A stretch of DNA of 64,000 nucleotides. Origin: Octopus sinensis. Taxonomy: Eukaryota. This document shows positions 23,863 through 37,685 of this stretch, piece by piece. The notes beneath the pieces are model-generated. The model was not told the DNA's origin and did no database searches. It was given only the letters and a program-made list of their open reading frames with translations. The DNA is taken from NCBI RefSeq assembly GCF_006345805.1, contig NC_043019.1, forward strand, positions 868,001-932,000, read 5' to 3'. Numbering within the stretch: the first letter of the stretch is position 1; each line of letters opens with the position of its first letter. The translations under genes and the position numbers were made by a program.

Positions 23863-24163
23863 ATCACGGTGACCGACCAGGCTATCAGATGTTGCTACAC
23901 ATCGCTGGTCACAATGCGCTTCGCATTGTTTTTAGCCTTCAAATGACGGCATCCCGCTGGCTAAGCGAGCAGGCCAACAGAAGAGAGAGTGAGAGAAAGT
24001 TGTGGCGAAAGAATACAGCAGGGACCGCCACCACCCCCTACTGGAGCCTCGTGGAGCTTCTGGTGTTTTCGCTCCATAAACACTCACAACGCCCGGTCTG
24101 GGAATCGAAACCTCGATCCTACAACCGCAAGTCCGCTGCCCTAACCACTGGGCCATTGCGCCT

Positions 24164-24165
<2 letters not shown>
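23863..24165 (-). mobile_element. SINE family C (tail 2)
   Basis: Same architecture as 2839-3139. Confidence 0.82.
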
Positions 24166-24207
<42 letters not shown>

Positions 24208-25258
24208 GCACACACACACATATATATGATATATATATATATATACACGAGTGTGGGATTGAACACGGAACTATATTGTTGTCAGCGAAATTCCTAACCA
24301 CACAGCCGTGGCCATATATTCTTTATCTACGAACAATATATGTTCATTGCTGGAAAGACTTCAATCATAGATCTTCAAGTTCATGTTGCGTAAAAACAAC
24401 AACGCCACCAACAAAAGACATCTGACAATTAAGAGCCGCAACTTGGACAATAATAGCAAAGTCCTTAAATATATCTTACTAGTCTGGTTTGTGGTGTTGG
24501 CGGAGGTGATATGTAAATGACGCAGTTTCGATTTACTTTGTTCGGTCTAATATTAATGTTCCAACTAGGAAACAGAGAACAGCTATATATTTATAGCCAA
24601 GAGATATATTTTCAGATCATTGCATTAACTTACAGATCTCTGCAAAGAGACGGAAACATTTTGATAGAAATAGTGGACTGTAAATATACACGGAAAATGG
24701 TTTTGCTATTTAGTCGACATTGCTTCAGATTAATAAAATCGTTGCGATGCGTGTAGGTTCCTTCGAAAGTCTGATTTGAAACCTTCATATGAGGCATGAT
24801 TTCTTTTTGCTATTTTGTTGTTCTACTGTATGCTGGTATTCGTGTTCATTGATATGTCTTTATTGATCTTTCTCTGGTCATCAATTTACCCCATAAAGAT
24901 CTTCAATTATTTATGCTATGGTTAATTTCGTTATGATTCTTATTATATATATATATTTTTTTTCTTTTATTCAATTATTTGGTTTAGTCATTTGACTGAG
25001 TCCACGCTGGAGCACTACCTTAAGGGGTTTTAGTCGAACAAATCAACCCCCAACACTCCCACTTATTATTTGTAAGCTTAGCCTAGTATTTATTCTCTCG
25101 ATCTCTTTGACCGAACCGCTAAGTTAGAGGGACATAGCACACCAAGATAGCGGGGTGCAATCACGGATACAAACACAAATACACACGCACACACACACAT
25201 ATATATACATACGTATATATATATATATATGTGTGTGTGGATACATACATACATACAT

Positions 25259-25332
<74 letters not shown>

Positions 25333-25333
25333 C

Positions 25334-25745
25334 AGGCGCAGGAGTAGCTGTGTGGTAAGTAGCTTGTTTACCAACCACATGGTTCCGGGTTCAGTCCCAC
25401 TGTGTGGCACCTTGGGCAAGTGTCTTCTAATATAGCCTCGGACCGACCAAATCCTTGTGAGTGGATTTGGTCGACGGAAACTGAAAGAAGCCCGTCGTAT
25501 ATATTTATATATATTTGTATGTGTGCGTGTATGTTTGTGTGTCTGTGTTCGTCCCATCCAACATCGCTTGACAACCGATGCTGGTGTGTTTATGTCCCCG
25601 TCACTTAGCGATTTGGCAAGAGAGACCGATAGAATAAGTACTGGGCTTACAAAGAATAAGTCCCGGTGTCGAGTTGCTCGATTAAAGGCGGTGCTCCAGC
25701 ATGGCCGCAGTCAAATGACTGAAACAAGTAAAAGAGTAAAGAGAA
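25334..25745 (+). mobile_element. SINE family B copy
   Basis: Full-length match to the family B consensus. Confidence 0.88.
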
Positions 25746-25934
25746 TATATATATTTATATATATATATATATATATATGTCTTTGTGTGTGTGTGTATAT
25801 ATATATATATGTGTGTGTGTGTGTTTGTGTATATATATATATATATTATATATATATATATATACGACTGGCTTCTTTCAGTCCTCGTCTACCAAATCTA
25901 CTCAAAAGGCTTGCTCGGCCTGAGGCTGTAGAGG

Positions 25935-26610
25935 AAGGCGGCAAGGTGGCAGAAACGTTAGCACGCTGGGCGAAAAGCTTTGCTGCATTTCTTCTGACGT
26001 TACGCTCTGAGTTCAAATTCCGACTAGGTCGACTTTACCTTTCATCCTTTTGGGGTCGATAAATTAAGTACCAGTTACGCACTGTGGTCGATGTAAACGA
26101 CTTAATCTCTCTGTGTGTCCTTGTTTGTCCCCGCTATGTTTAGCCCCTTGTGGGCAATAAAGAAATAAGAAACGTTAGCACGCCATGTCAAATGCTTATG
26201 GGTATTTCGTCTGTCTTTACGCTCTGAGTTCAAATTCCGCCGAGGTCGACTTTGCCTTTCATCCTTTCGGGGTCGATAAATTAAGTATCAGCTAAGCACT
26301 GTGGTCGATGTAAACGACTTAATCTCTCTGTGTGTCCTTGTTTGTCCCCGCTATGTTTAGCCCCTTGTGGGCAATAAAGAAATAAGAAACGTTAGCACGC
26401 CATGTCAAATGCTTATGGGTATTTCGTCTGTCTTTACGCTCTGAGTTCAAATTCCGCCGAGGTCGACTTTGCCTTTCATCCTTTCGGGGTCGATAAATTA
26501 AGTATCAGCTAAGCACTGGAGCCGGTGTAATCGACTTAATCTCTTTGTCTGCCCTTGTTGTCCTCTCTATGTTTAGCCCCTTATGGGCAATAAAGAAATA
26601 AGAAACGTTG
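25935..26610 (+). repeat. SINE family A tandem trimer
   Basis: Units of about 225 bp joined at AAAGAAATAA|GAAACGTTAGC. Confidence 0.85.
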
Positions 26611-26709
26611 ATTCCCAACTAGCTGGTTCCGGATTCAAGTCGCACTGCGTGACACCTTCGGAAAGTGTTTTCTTATTTCTTTATTGCCCATATGTATATA
26701 TATATATAC

Positions 26710-26740
<31 letters not shown>

Positions 26741-26756
26741 CATACATACACACACA

Positions 26757-26827
<71 letters not shown>

Positions 26828-27439
26828 GAATAATCAGCCGAAATTGCGAAGATGATCCGGTTCTTGACTGAAGATTGAAGGCTTCGAATGTCCGTGTTTT
26901 TTGTGTCGTCTTCTAAATGTTTCACGTTCTCGTCCCAGTTTGTATTTTTTTACTTTTACATATATATATATATATATATCTTATTATAAAAAGCAGATTT
27001 TATCTGCCTCCTTTTGTCAGTTATAGAAATCTACAATATAGGATTTCTTCAATTACAATTTACCTAGCATTTTTAAGAGTAGAATGCATCGGGTCGTGCC
27101 AGGTCCACTTTTTAAAATTTCAACCCCAATTAAGCAAAATTTAGAGAAAACTCACATTGTGGTGTATATGTCAAATGTTTTTCTTAGTGTGGCTTACACC
27201 ACACGCAAACGCACACACACACAAACGGAGCGAAACTGTTTCACTGACGCTATCATCACCCTTCTCCTCCTTTGTCTTTGCAAGTTTGCAGCTATTAAAG
27301 TGAAAACAATGAATCCGACAGCGATTAAGAAAATGAATTGGTACCTGAATGGAGTGAAAATTTAAAAACTGTTTCTTTCGGTGATTTTTCTGAAAACGAA
27401 CCACAAACAAGCCACAGACTTTCCCAGAAGAGTAAAGCC

Positions 27440-27956
27440 TTAAACTATTTCTATTTACTTTTCGAATGAGCCCATTTGAAATCATTACGGTGGAAACGAA
27501 ACGTTACGCTAAACGTAAACAAAACGAAAGAAAGGATGTTTGTTATTTCCCACAACCTTAATGAAATTAAGGCCTATTTTGCCATAAATATTATTATGGG
27601 TATCAGAAAAGTTACCCAGAATAACAATTCTATCGTAAAAGTTGTTGTATACCCAATTGAATATTAGCTAATAACCCATTTTCTATAGCGATGTTTGAAC
27701 AAAATTTTAATATTTTATATATTGTTGAATTTACCTGTATCTACCTGCAATTAGAGTCACTTTGTGACAAAAATTATAGTATAGAATTGGTTGAGGACAT
27801 TTCATTAAATTATCTTCCAAAAATCACATTAATATATTGATAATAAAAAAGTTATTGTTGTTAATGAAACCAGACTAAATTTATGATTACGTTAGAAATT
27901 AATTGAAACACATAAGGGGTGTATTTTGGTCAGAAATATAGTAACGAAAGGGTTTA
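27440..27956 (+). mobile_element. piggyBac-like transposon relic
   Basis: Translated fragments EIITVETKRYA and NEIKAYFAINIIMGIRK resemble PGBD motifs. The right end AAAGGG-TTTAA at about 27947-27957 resembles a CCCTTT TIR next to TTAA. Confidence 0.55.
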
Positions 27957-28064
27957 AGAAAAAACCAAAAAATATTTTATTCTTTATAAATGTTGTATTC
28001 AAAATAACATTTTCTTTAAGAATGTGTATATAACAAAGTATGTGTATATAACTACGTGACTATA

Positions 28065-28462
28065 TCTTTATATATAAAAGTGAAGTTGTGTGAATGTCTC
28101 TCCTACAATTTAGATTCGTAACTACTCCCACATTTTGTGGTGCAGTGTAACAAGACCGGGTATCTTATAGTCGTGATTCATATCGAGCCCTTCTGGGTAT
28201 TAGCGCGCGTCTACGATGAGTCTACGATTTTAAAAAAATTTACCATCTATTTTTCCATTTTTAATGCATTTTTGTCGCTTTTATATAAGGGAAGTAACTC
28301 TCTAAAAATATCTACGATGTGTCAACGATTTAAAAGAAATTTACCTTAATTTTTTTTCCATTTTTAATGCATTTTTTTCCTATTTTTTGGCTATAACTCT
28401 CTAAAAATGCTTATATAGTTATCTCCCTTACAAACCCGAGCAACGCCGGGCGATACTGCTAG
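28065..28462 (+). mobile_element. Non-autonomous Helitron-like element
   Basis: A|TC 5' end, subterminal CCCGAGCAACGCCGGG hairpin, and CTAG|T 3' end. Confidence 0.7.
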
Positions 28463-28580
28463 TATATATATATATACCGGAGTAAACACATAAATGTGAA
28501 ACAAGGTGGAAAGAAGAGTACTCAAATACCAGTGGTAGAGTAATATGCTTTATTTAAAAGCAGCAGAAAATTCAACAAAA

Positions 28581-28964
28581 TCTCTCTATATATAAACGGC
28601 AGTTTGTCTGTGCGTGTTTCTGTGTGTCTGTTTGCTTGTACCCTCACCCTGACCACGGCTTTCAACCGATTCTGATGAAACTTGACACACACATAGCCCA
28701 ATGTCATAATTCAAAACTAACGCAGCGAAAATTTTGAAAAGTTCCCCCAGTTCTGAACAAAATCGATAAATTCGACATGGGGTCGAGAATCAGAAACACA
28801 AACCGCAAACTATCTAGGGGACGCAACTCCACCTTTTTTTACTCTCAAAAAAATTTACCATAATTTTTTTCCTTTTTTTTTGCTATTTTTGGGCTATAAC
28901 TCTCTAAAAATGCTTTATAGTTATTTCCCTTACAAACCTGAGCAACGCCGGGCGATACTGCTAG
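28581..28964 (+). mobile_element. Non-autonomous Helitron-like element inserted into a PLE pLTR
   Basis: TC...CTAG sits between A and T of CAACAAAA|TCTGTTA with no TSD. The uninterrupted target is visible at 6887-6901. Confidence 0.75.
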
Positions 28965-29921
28965 TCTGTTATACAAAATGGGACAGTTTCATTTTGTAGC
29001 TTTTAATCTGTCTCTTGTTATCAAATGTTTTTTTTTTTGTTTCAAATGCCTCAGCCTCCACACATTTGTACGTCATCGCCGAAATTATGAGCAAACTGTT
29101 ATAAATTTTCGAAGTGAAGGCTGCAGTCTAAAGTGAATTTATTGCTATTCATATATTGTGCAAATGGATAATACAATGTCTGTAAAACCTATAAACATTG
29201 CAGGTGTTACTAATACTGGAGAATGTTTAATAAAGCCAGATTTAAAAGAAGAGTTACAAACGCTTATCAAAAGATTTCTTCTCTTCGGGATATAGGGATT
29301 TGTTTCTGCCTTCAACTATTTGATTACCGATATTATCACTTTCCACATGGCGTGACTAATGTGCATTTTTTTTATGTGGCTGTCTGGTAAAATACCTTAC
29401 TCTCCTAGTTGTCTCTCTATACCTTCTGTGTTCTCATCTCACCATGATCTGTTTAGTCTCCTGTAAATGTAGATTCCCTCCGCTCCCCTATCGATAAAAG
29501 GATGAGCCCCTCAAGAACTACAGTTGATAGCACTGGCCTTGTGACTAAATTACAAACAAACATATTAAGTTATGTTTTGTGGAATCTTCAAGTTTCCAAG
29601 AGAGCGATTTCTTGCAAAGAGTTTTCGCTGTGGCCTCGAGGATCTTCCATTTTCTCTTTTTGTCTATTATAATAGCGCAACTCCAAATTTTCTTCAGTTC
29701 CATACATCATTTTACAGCATGCTTCTTGTTCCTTCAGCAATATGGTAATTGCCTCGTTTCTGATGTTTAAACGAAATATATTTTATGTTACGGAGATGTA
29801 CTTGCATAGCGACTGACTTGATCTGAGATCGTGTGCTGGAACGAAAACAATTGCAGCGTGGAAGGTGTTTATAAGCCATTTAAGAAACACACAAAACCGT
29901 TAGATTCACTTCAACATTTAA

Positions 29922-29972
29922 TTTGTCAAAATATTTTCGTCGCTTTGAGACTGCGACCTATTCACTGACAAA
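29922..29972 (-). ncRNA. Hammerhead-shaped motif with a non-canonical core (candidate)
   Basis: Minus strand: TTTGTCA-GTGAATA-G-GTCGC(AGTCTCAAA)GCGAC-GAAA-ATATTT-TGACAAA. It has a 7-bp stem I, a 5-bp stem II and a palindromic stem III. Confidence 0.4.
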
Positions 29973-30180
29973 ACTTCGGACTGCATCTCTTTTTTATGTT
30001 GTTTGTCAGAATGTTCTTGCATCTCTGTTTTCCACGGTCACTTGTATATCTGTGAATTGTCCCCATCACCAATATTGTCTTACCATCCAACACCTAATTG
30101 TTTATTCATTGAATGCAACTGTAATATATCTATGAGCACCGCTACATGTTGCAACCCAAAAATTGTCAATCTTTTCAATA

Positions 30181-31012
30181 CCTATTTCTTTACTACCCAC
30201 TAGGGGCTAATCACAGAGAGGGTAAACAAGGACAGACAAACGGGTAAAGTCGATTATATCGACTCCAGCGCGTAACTGGTACTTATTTAATCGACCCCCG
30301 AAAGGATGAAAGGCAAAGTCGACCTCGGCAGAATTTGAACTCAGAACGTAGCGGCAGACGAAATACCTATTTCTTTATTGCCCGCAAGGGGCTAAACATA
30401 GAGAGGACAAACAAAGACAGACAAACGGATTAAGTCGATTATATCGACACCAGTGCGTAACTGGTACTTATTTAATCGACCCCGAAAGGATGAAAGGCGA
30501 AGTCGACCTCGGCGGAATTTGAACTCGGCGTGCTAACGATTCTTATTTCTTTATTGTCCACAAGGGGCTAAACATAGAGGGGACAAACAAGGACAGACAT
30601 AGGTATTAATTCGATTACATCGACCCCAGTGCGTAACTGGTACTTAATTTATCGACACCGAAAGGATGAAAGGCAAAGTTAACCTCGGCGAATTTGAACT
30701 CAGAACGTAGCGGCAGACGAAATACTTATTTCTTTACTACCCACAAGGGGCTAAACACAGAGAGGACAAACAAGGACAGACAAACGGATTAAGTCGATTA
30801 TATCTACCCCAGTGCGTAACTGGTACTTATTTAATCGACCCCGAAAGGATGAAAGGCAAAGTCGACCTCGGCAAGAATTTGAACTCACAACGTAACAGCA
30901 GACGAAATACCTATTTCCTTATTACTCACAAGGGGCTAAACACAGAGGGGGACAAACAAGGACAGACATAGGTATTAAGTCGATTACATCGACCCCAGTG
31001 CGTAACTGGTAC
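30181..31012 (-). repeat. SINE family A tandem array (4 units plus a partial unit)
   Basis: Headless units of about 175-185 bp, with both junction types. Confidence 0.85.
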
Positions 31013-31049
31013 TTTATTTATATTTGTTACGTCACCGCTGAATAGTTTG

Positions 31050-32110
31050 GTTTCATATGCTCTCCGAAGATACGAGAACTCTTTTTGATGCCAGTGTTCT
31101 CCCCAGTTTATATATTTCTTTATTTGATTATATTTCAACGTTCCAGTAAATTCTTTGCAGTGTTTATTCTAATAACTTATTTCCTCGTAACATTCACGTG
31201 TTTTTTTTAAAAAACAACTTTATCTCCATAGCAAGTTTTTCTTCTGTTGTTTCACATCATCTTTCATTCAATGATGTTTCATCGTTTTAAGTTCGTTATG
31301 CTCTATTCCTCTTCATATTCGATTTTCTTTTCATTTAGGTCTTGCTCTTTTTCCCTCAATCTTATGGAGAATATTCTTTTTTCCTATTCTTAGAGATGGT
31401 GGAGCTAACATGTCTAATCGTTAGAATTAAAAGCAGTTTCCTTCGATAATACTACTGTATCAGAATAGATTTAGACTGTTCAATCCGTTAATATTGTTTC
31501 CACGGATACACTTAGTTGCTTAGTTGCCAGGCTCTGTTACGTTTACTTATTTCGTATCGCTGCTTTTACGTGTGTAAATTCAACATATGTTTAAGCTGAT
31601 CCACTATTGATGTAATATTGTTTTCTCTTATTATTTGGTTTTCCTGAAAGGCTTTCTAAATGGGTAACGCAATATTTTATGCTACATGCTTATCCTTTTC
31701 TTTTCTTGGTAAGTGTATGTTCAAAAGTATTCTTTCTTTGTACGCATTTCCCGGGAAATTTTAATGGTCTTCATCAAAATTTGATGCGATGCCTTGGTGT
31801 CCTGTGCAGCCAGCTGAATAGTATCTCCACAGTGATTTAATGACTCGATCTTCTAACACATGTGAAGTCATATAATCCTATACTTGTATATAACGAGAAT
31901 TGTTGCCGCGTTTTCATTGTTTTCCAGCAGATGTTCTTTTGTCTGTGCACGGTGGTTTTCTCTACTTTTAGTGTGTAGTCTGTCTATAAATCATGGTGCT
32001 CAGTATTCTGGATCTCGTATTGTTCACAATAAATTTCCGCACATTTGCAAGTGTAGTGGTACTGACAATTCTCGGGCACATTTGCATCCATATATCGCAC
32101 GTCTTTTTTG
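31050..32110 (-). mobile_element. Degraded R4/Dong-like LINE relic
   Basis: Minus-strand residues around 31790-31830 resemble the AAQDQ motif. The copy is heavily decayed. Confidence 0.4.
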
Positions 32111-32118
32111 GTAGAGAA

Positions 32119-32332
32119 ATCGTGGGTATTGGATAAGATGAGAAGTAACAAAAACATCAATAAATACAATTATATATAACATAGAGAAAATAGCACTTCT
32201 AGGTACCGCCCACATCCTACGTAAAACACTTTCAACACAGGGAAAATAATAACGCCACAACAAACCACAGCGCAAACCCAAGGCACACAGAGCTGCACTC
32301 GGTAGTGAAAGCACGTGATTAAAATAAGACTA

Positions 32333-32337
<5 letters not shown>
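32119..32337 (+). mobile_element. R4/Dong-like LINE 3' end followed by (TAA)n
   Basis: Encodes IEKIALLGTAHILRKTLS. The 3' UTR ends ACTACTGAATAATAATAA. Confidence 0.8.
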
Positions 32338-32399
<62 letters not shown>

Positions 32400-32559
32400 T
32401 ACTGAGAAGAGCATTATTGCTGTGAAAATATTATCCATTCATGAATTTGTTTGTTTATTCTTTTTTTTATAAATACATATTTTACCTGTGAATTTGCGTG
32501 TGTAATCTGGGAATGCATACAATGAGCTTTTCTGCCCTAGGTGTACGGAAAACTCCCGG

Positions 32560-32885
32560 CTAGAAATGGAAGAATATTTGAAAAATGAAGGAAGAAAATA
32601 ATAATAATAATCACCAAGTGGATTGAAAGTGGAAATGGAAAGACTGTATGGAATGCGAGAGAACAATGTAAAAGTGATACCAGTGGTAATCGGAACGTTG
32701 GGCTCAATCCCATTGAAACTTCAAGACTTCTCATGGCAACTGGAAATCATATGCAAGATTGATGTCTTGCAAAAAGCAGCCTTATTGGGCTCAGCGCACA
32801 TCTTATGGAAAGTATTATGGGTCTGAGGTCCTTGTGACTGGACAGATGACTAAAGACTCCGGCGTATTTTTACTTATGCTGTGTT
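32560..32885 (+). mobile_element. R4/Dong-like LINE 3' fragment (second subfamily)
   Basis: ORF 32623-32826 contains VIPVVIGTLGSIP...LQKAALLGSAHILWKVL. Confidence 0.75.
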
Positions 32886-32999
32886 ACGAAAGAATAATAA
32901 ATGGAAATAAACAATATGGTGTGATTATTTCGATGGCCTATACATGTATACAATGCATTTCTCTGCCCTAGATATCAGGAAGTGACTCGGCAAGAGAAG

Positions 33000-34620
33000 G
33001 AAACAATCGAAAGTAGATGATAATGAAAGTGATAACAATAGTGATAATAATAATAATTAACAGAACCCATATCTAAACCAAGCAAGAACGGCGGATGGAT
33101 AATCATAAATACTATAAAATAGTCGATTTAGGAGTTGCATACACACACACACACATACACACACATGCACACATACTACCATGCAACACTCCTCCATAAA
33201 CATGCATGAATAAAATGATTCTGTAAATATCTGACAAAATGAACAAAGCTCATAACATGTGCCACAGAAAGCTGAAAGTGACTGAGAAAAGATAAGATGA
33301 TCAAGCGAATGCTATTAGGAGAAGGAAGAGGATGACAAAATTGGAGGTAGAAGAGATCACAAGAGAACTGGAAAAGACCAGGCAGTGGGAAAGACAATCA
33401 ACAGCATAAGAGATACAGCTCAAACAAAAGAAGAATCTAAAGGAAAAAATAATAATAGCATTAACAATGCAATAAGGAAGGGACAACTAGCACCAATGAC
33501 TTAAATGTTTTAAGTGAGGAAGATCAGAATATTTTACATGAGTTGCAGGAAGTAACGAGTAAAGAAGTGAGGAAAAGATAGACAGCATTAAAAGGTATCA
33601 ATTTATTGAAGCTACAAGAAATGACTAGGAGAGTAGATTGTGCTATCAGTATGATAAATACTAAATATATAGAAGACACTAACGTATTGATCTATGCAGG
33701 AGGGGTAATAGTCATCAGGAGATAAGATATCTCTCAGTGAAAGATTAAAAAGGAGTAAATGTGGAAAAGGAGACTGCAAAATAAAGTGAATACTTTATGA
33801 CAAGATCTGAGTAGAATAAAAGCCTGAAAAACAAATAGGTTAGGTAACATAATATCCAAATCTTGCTTCGAGGCAAGATGCTTAGTCAAAGAGAAAGGAT
33901 TTGGGACAATAATAGAAGAGTTGAAACAGTATATCATAGCATTGGCAGTCATGCACTCCAGATAGAAAAAAATGATCCGTACAAGAGAATTGATTATTTT
34001 AGACAGAACACTATTATAACCATATAAATAGTAGAGAACGAAGTACTGAAGATGCGAAACCTAATGCATAGGAAGATAGAAACTTCTGAAGTAGTATTTA
34101 GGATAAGCCAGTCAATAAGCAGTATTGTTACAGAAAATGAGAGAAGTAGTGGGTGAGAAGCAGCCAGATCTGAGATTAACTACTGTATTACTGAGTAATA
34201 CGTTAGGAAAAACGTCGAATTGGATGGGGTCAAAACCAGATTTAGTTCAAGGGTACTGACTAAAGAAATTTAGTAGATTACATAGGAAGCTGAGGGAACA
34301 AATTCAGGATTGCCTTAATAGAGGTTTAATACCAGATTGGATGACTAGAGGGAGGGCAATACTCATTATGGAGGATAACAGCAAGGTTGATGCAGCTAGC
34401 AACTATAAGCCGATCACGTGCTTGCCATTGATGTGGAAGCTGTTAACAGGAATGCTTTCTGGAAGCCTTTAGGAGCACGTTGACAACCGGAAGTTACTGT
34501 GAGAAGAACAGAAAAGTTGCAGGAAGCCTAGAAGAATGCATGATATATTATATATTGACAAAGCATTTCCAAATGAAGTAAAAGCTGCGAAAATCTAACA
34601 ATATCATGGATATATTATGG
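33000..34620 (+). mobile_element. Degraded R4/Dong-like LINE RT region
   Basis: Translation at about 34390-34530 gives SNYKPITCLPLMWKLLTGMLS...EEQKSCRK, an RT N-terminal motif of RLE LINEs. Confidence 0.7.
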
Positions 34621-35572
34621 GAAAGACCTTAAATTACATTCTATCGACATATATGGGGAAAATCGAGTTCGATATAATATAATAGCACATCTTTTTCACC
34701 GTTACATGTCACATAAGACATTAGCTCGTCTAAAATTTTATTGTTTCACGTTCGATTTTACCTAGGCGGTTTTTTAATGTCCGGCAAGGGGGAAAAATTT
34801 TTGAGAAGACCATCTCCACTCTATTCAGCGTAAATTAGCGAATTCAGATCGAACGAGAGAGCGAAGGGAATCGCAGTACTTGTAAGGTAATTTATTTATT
34901 GAAGAAAGACAAAACAAAATAAACTTGACAGCCATATGATTTGAACATAGAAAATAATTAACAGGCAATAGTTGCTGCAAGTCGCTAATTGCCAGACTCT
35001 TTAGAAATTTATTCAGTCTACTATCTTCGTGCCTAATACAATACATCACAAAATACAAGACCTGGAGTTATACATTTCGGCTACACATAATTTGTATTTC
35101 CGTGCTTGAAGTTATTAAATTCTCCTCATAGACAAACTCCTCAGCAGTTCATTCACAATCTTAGTTATATGAAATGACATCAAAAACAAACCCAATTCGG
35201 GTGGAGGTTACAAAGTTCTTTCATATATATACAGGATATTTGGATGAAAAGTATCATAGCAATGGAATTCTTATCTCTCCACTATTTATTATACTATATG
35301 ATTATGATGAGGAGATGCTATTTAAATGAGTAGATAAAACCTGTTGTGACTCTTTAAATGGTTTGTCTCTTCGATCAGGCCTGAAATAGAATGAAATAAT
35401 GGCTTATGAATACGAGCTCTGAATAACTTGTAATTCTTTCTTTTCCGGACTATTTTTATCTTTATCCCTACAATGAGTATGATGTTATTCAAACTACAGG
35501 CAAAAGTAGTTTACCTCCCTTCACCAGGCGACGGACTTTATTAAAGCATTTAATGCAATCGACTTTGATATC

Positions 35573-35977
35573 TCAGTTGCTGTTGTTGTTGCTGTTACTG
35601 CTGCTGCTGTTACTGCTGTTGCTGTTGAGCAAATGGTCTTCGTCCCAGAGCCCGCAGTGGGAGAAGTCCGAATCGTGGTCCTTTGCTATTCGTAAGACCC
35701 GCAGAAGAGAAAGCAGGTCAATCCCCGACACCGAGAGAATCGACGGATGGATGAATGCGCATCCAGGCTCAGAGGTTGTGTAGGAAGTCGGAGACAAGAA
35801 ACGGGAAGAAAGAGTGAGAGAAAGTTGGAGCGAAAGAGTACAACAGGGGTCACCACCACCCCCTGCCGGAGCCTCGTGGAGCTTTAGGTGTTTTCGCTCA
35901 ATAAACACACACAACGCCCGGTCTGTGAATCGAAACCACGAGCCCGCTGCCCTAACCACCGGGCCATTGCGCCTCCA
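35573..35977 (-). mobile_element. SINE family C head with tail type 3 ending in (CAG/CAA)n
   Basis: The family C head and body continue into a sequence unrelated to tails 1 and 2. Confidence 0.7.
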
Positions 35978-37626
35978 CTTGCTGCAGCTGCTATTTTTTT
36001 TTGTTATTGTTACTGTTGTTGTCGCTTCGCCAAAGATCAGGAATAATTCTACAAACATACGAAAACCAATTTATGATTCCAACCATTTTCTTCCTTGAAG
36101 TGTTTCCTTTTCATACAAGATGGTGATATACGATTTCATGTGATGCCGTTGCTGTTATTTCTAGTACGTCCACCAATCACTTATAGCCTCTGTAATAATT
36201 GTTTTCTTAACAGGGACACAGGTTGAGAAAACATACTTATATAAGAAGTCCATTTCAAACGCGTTCATTTACTTGCAATGTCCTCATTGTTCGCAGAAAT
36301 ATAATTTCTACACAATAAAACATATTTAATCCATTGATGCAAAATAGTTTGGATGAGAAAAAGAGACATGGAAAGAAACAGGTACTGTCGAACATAGCAA
36401 TTAAACTGTTTATCCTGATGCGTTGGATTGTGAAGCAGTCACGCAGAGCTCGACAACTTACAAAGCCTTACCTGTGCACATACATTCATAGACATACACA
36501 TATATGCATGTGCGGGCGTGTACAGGTGTTTAAGTACTGTGTGTGTGCGTGTGCGTGTGCGTGTGTTGTGCGTGTATGTGTGAAGATATATAAATATGTG
36601 TGTGAGTGTGTGTCTATACATGGAAGCAGAGGATTAAGCCAATGAATTTTAAATCAGCCTTTGATGTGTAGGAAATGCTGTTAAAATTATATATTGTTTC
36701 CTTCTAAGACTATTATTTCCAGTTACCGACACGCAGGAAAATATGGCAGTCGTATTTAAACTGATCATTATGCGTTATATCATCAATGGAAACACAAATG
36801 TTGCGTGTTAAAATGAAATCGTGGCGCTAATACATTTTATAATTCGATACGAATATTCACCGCATGATTGACAAATGTTCGCCAAATAACACATTTTAAA
36901 TTACCGTAATAAACCAATTGTGAACACCAGAAGTAAATATAGTGGTCCCTTGTAATAGGATTATAGAGAACAATTTAGTTATTTTAAGTTGGTTCTTTTC
37001 ACTAAAAACACATACACACGCACATATACAAATAAATGTGTATGTATTATTGTTGCTAATGTCTAGCACAAGCTTTGGTCTACCAGACAGCTGATTTAGC
37101 AGTTAATATGTTTCCCTTTCTTAATATTCTTTTGAGAATTAATACCTCCAGTGCTACATCATGTATATAAATTTGCATATTTCTAAGTTAATGGGAAAAA
37201 AGGAGCGAATTGTAGCAGATCCATTGACTGCATACAACTTATATACATACATGGATGCACACATGCGTGTATACCTACACGTACACACATACACACACGA
37301 ATACACACAGGTATATGTATATAAATATGTATACATAAGTTTATATATATATAAATGTGCACACACGTATGTATGAATATATATATAAATGTATGTATAC
37401 ATATATTTATATATACATATATACATATATACATACATATATACATATATACATACATATATACATACATACATATACATATATATACATATATATATAT
37501 ACACATATATTAATATATATATATATATATATGCATACATATATATATACATATATATTATATATACATATATACATATACATATATATATATATACATA
37601 TACATATATATATATATATATTTATA

Positions 37627-37685
<59 letters not shown>

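Noticed and set aside
30181-31012. CRISPR-like or retrozyme interpretation of the tandem array
   Set aside because: The units are contiguous SINE bodies with no unique spacers, and I found no CUGANGA/GAAA hammerhead core in the unit on either strand.
34840-34895. Putative plus-strand exon ending at AAG|GTAATT
   Set aside because: A lone donor-like motif with no ORF or acceptor support.
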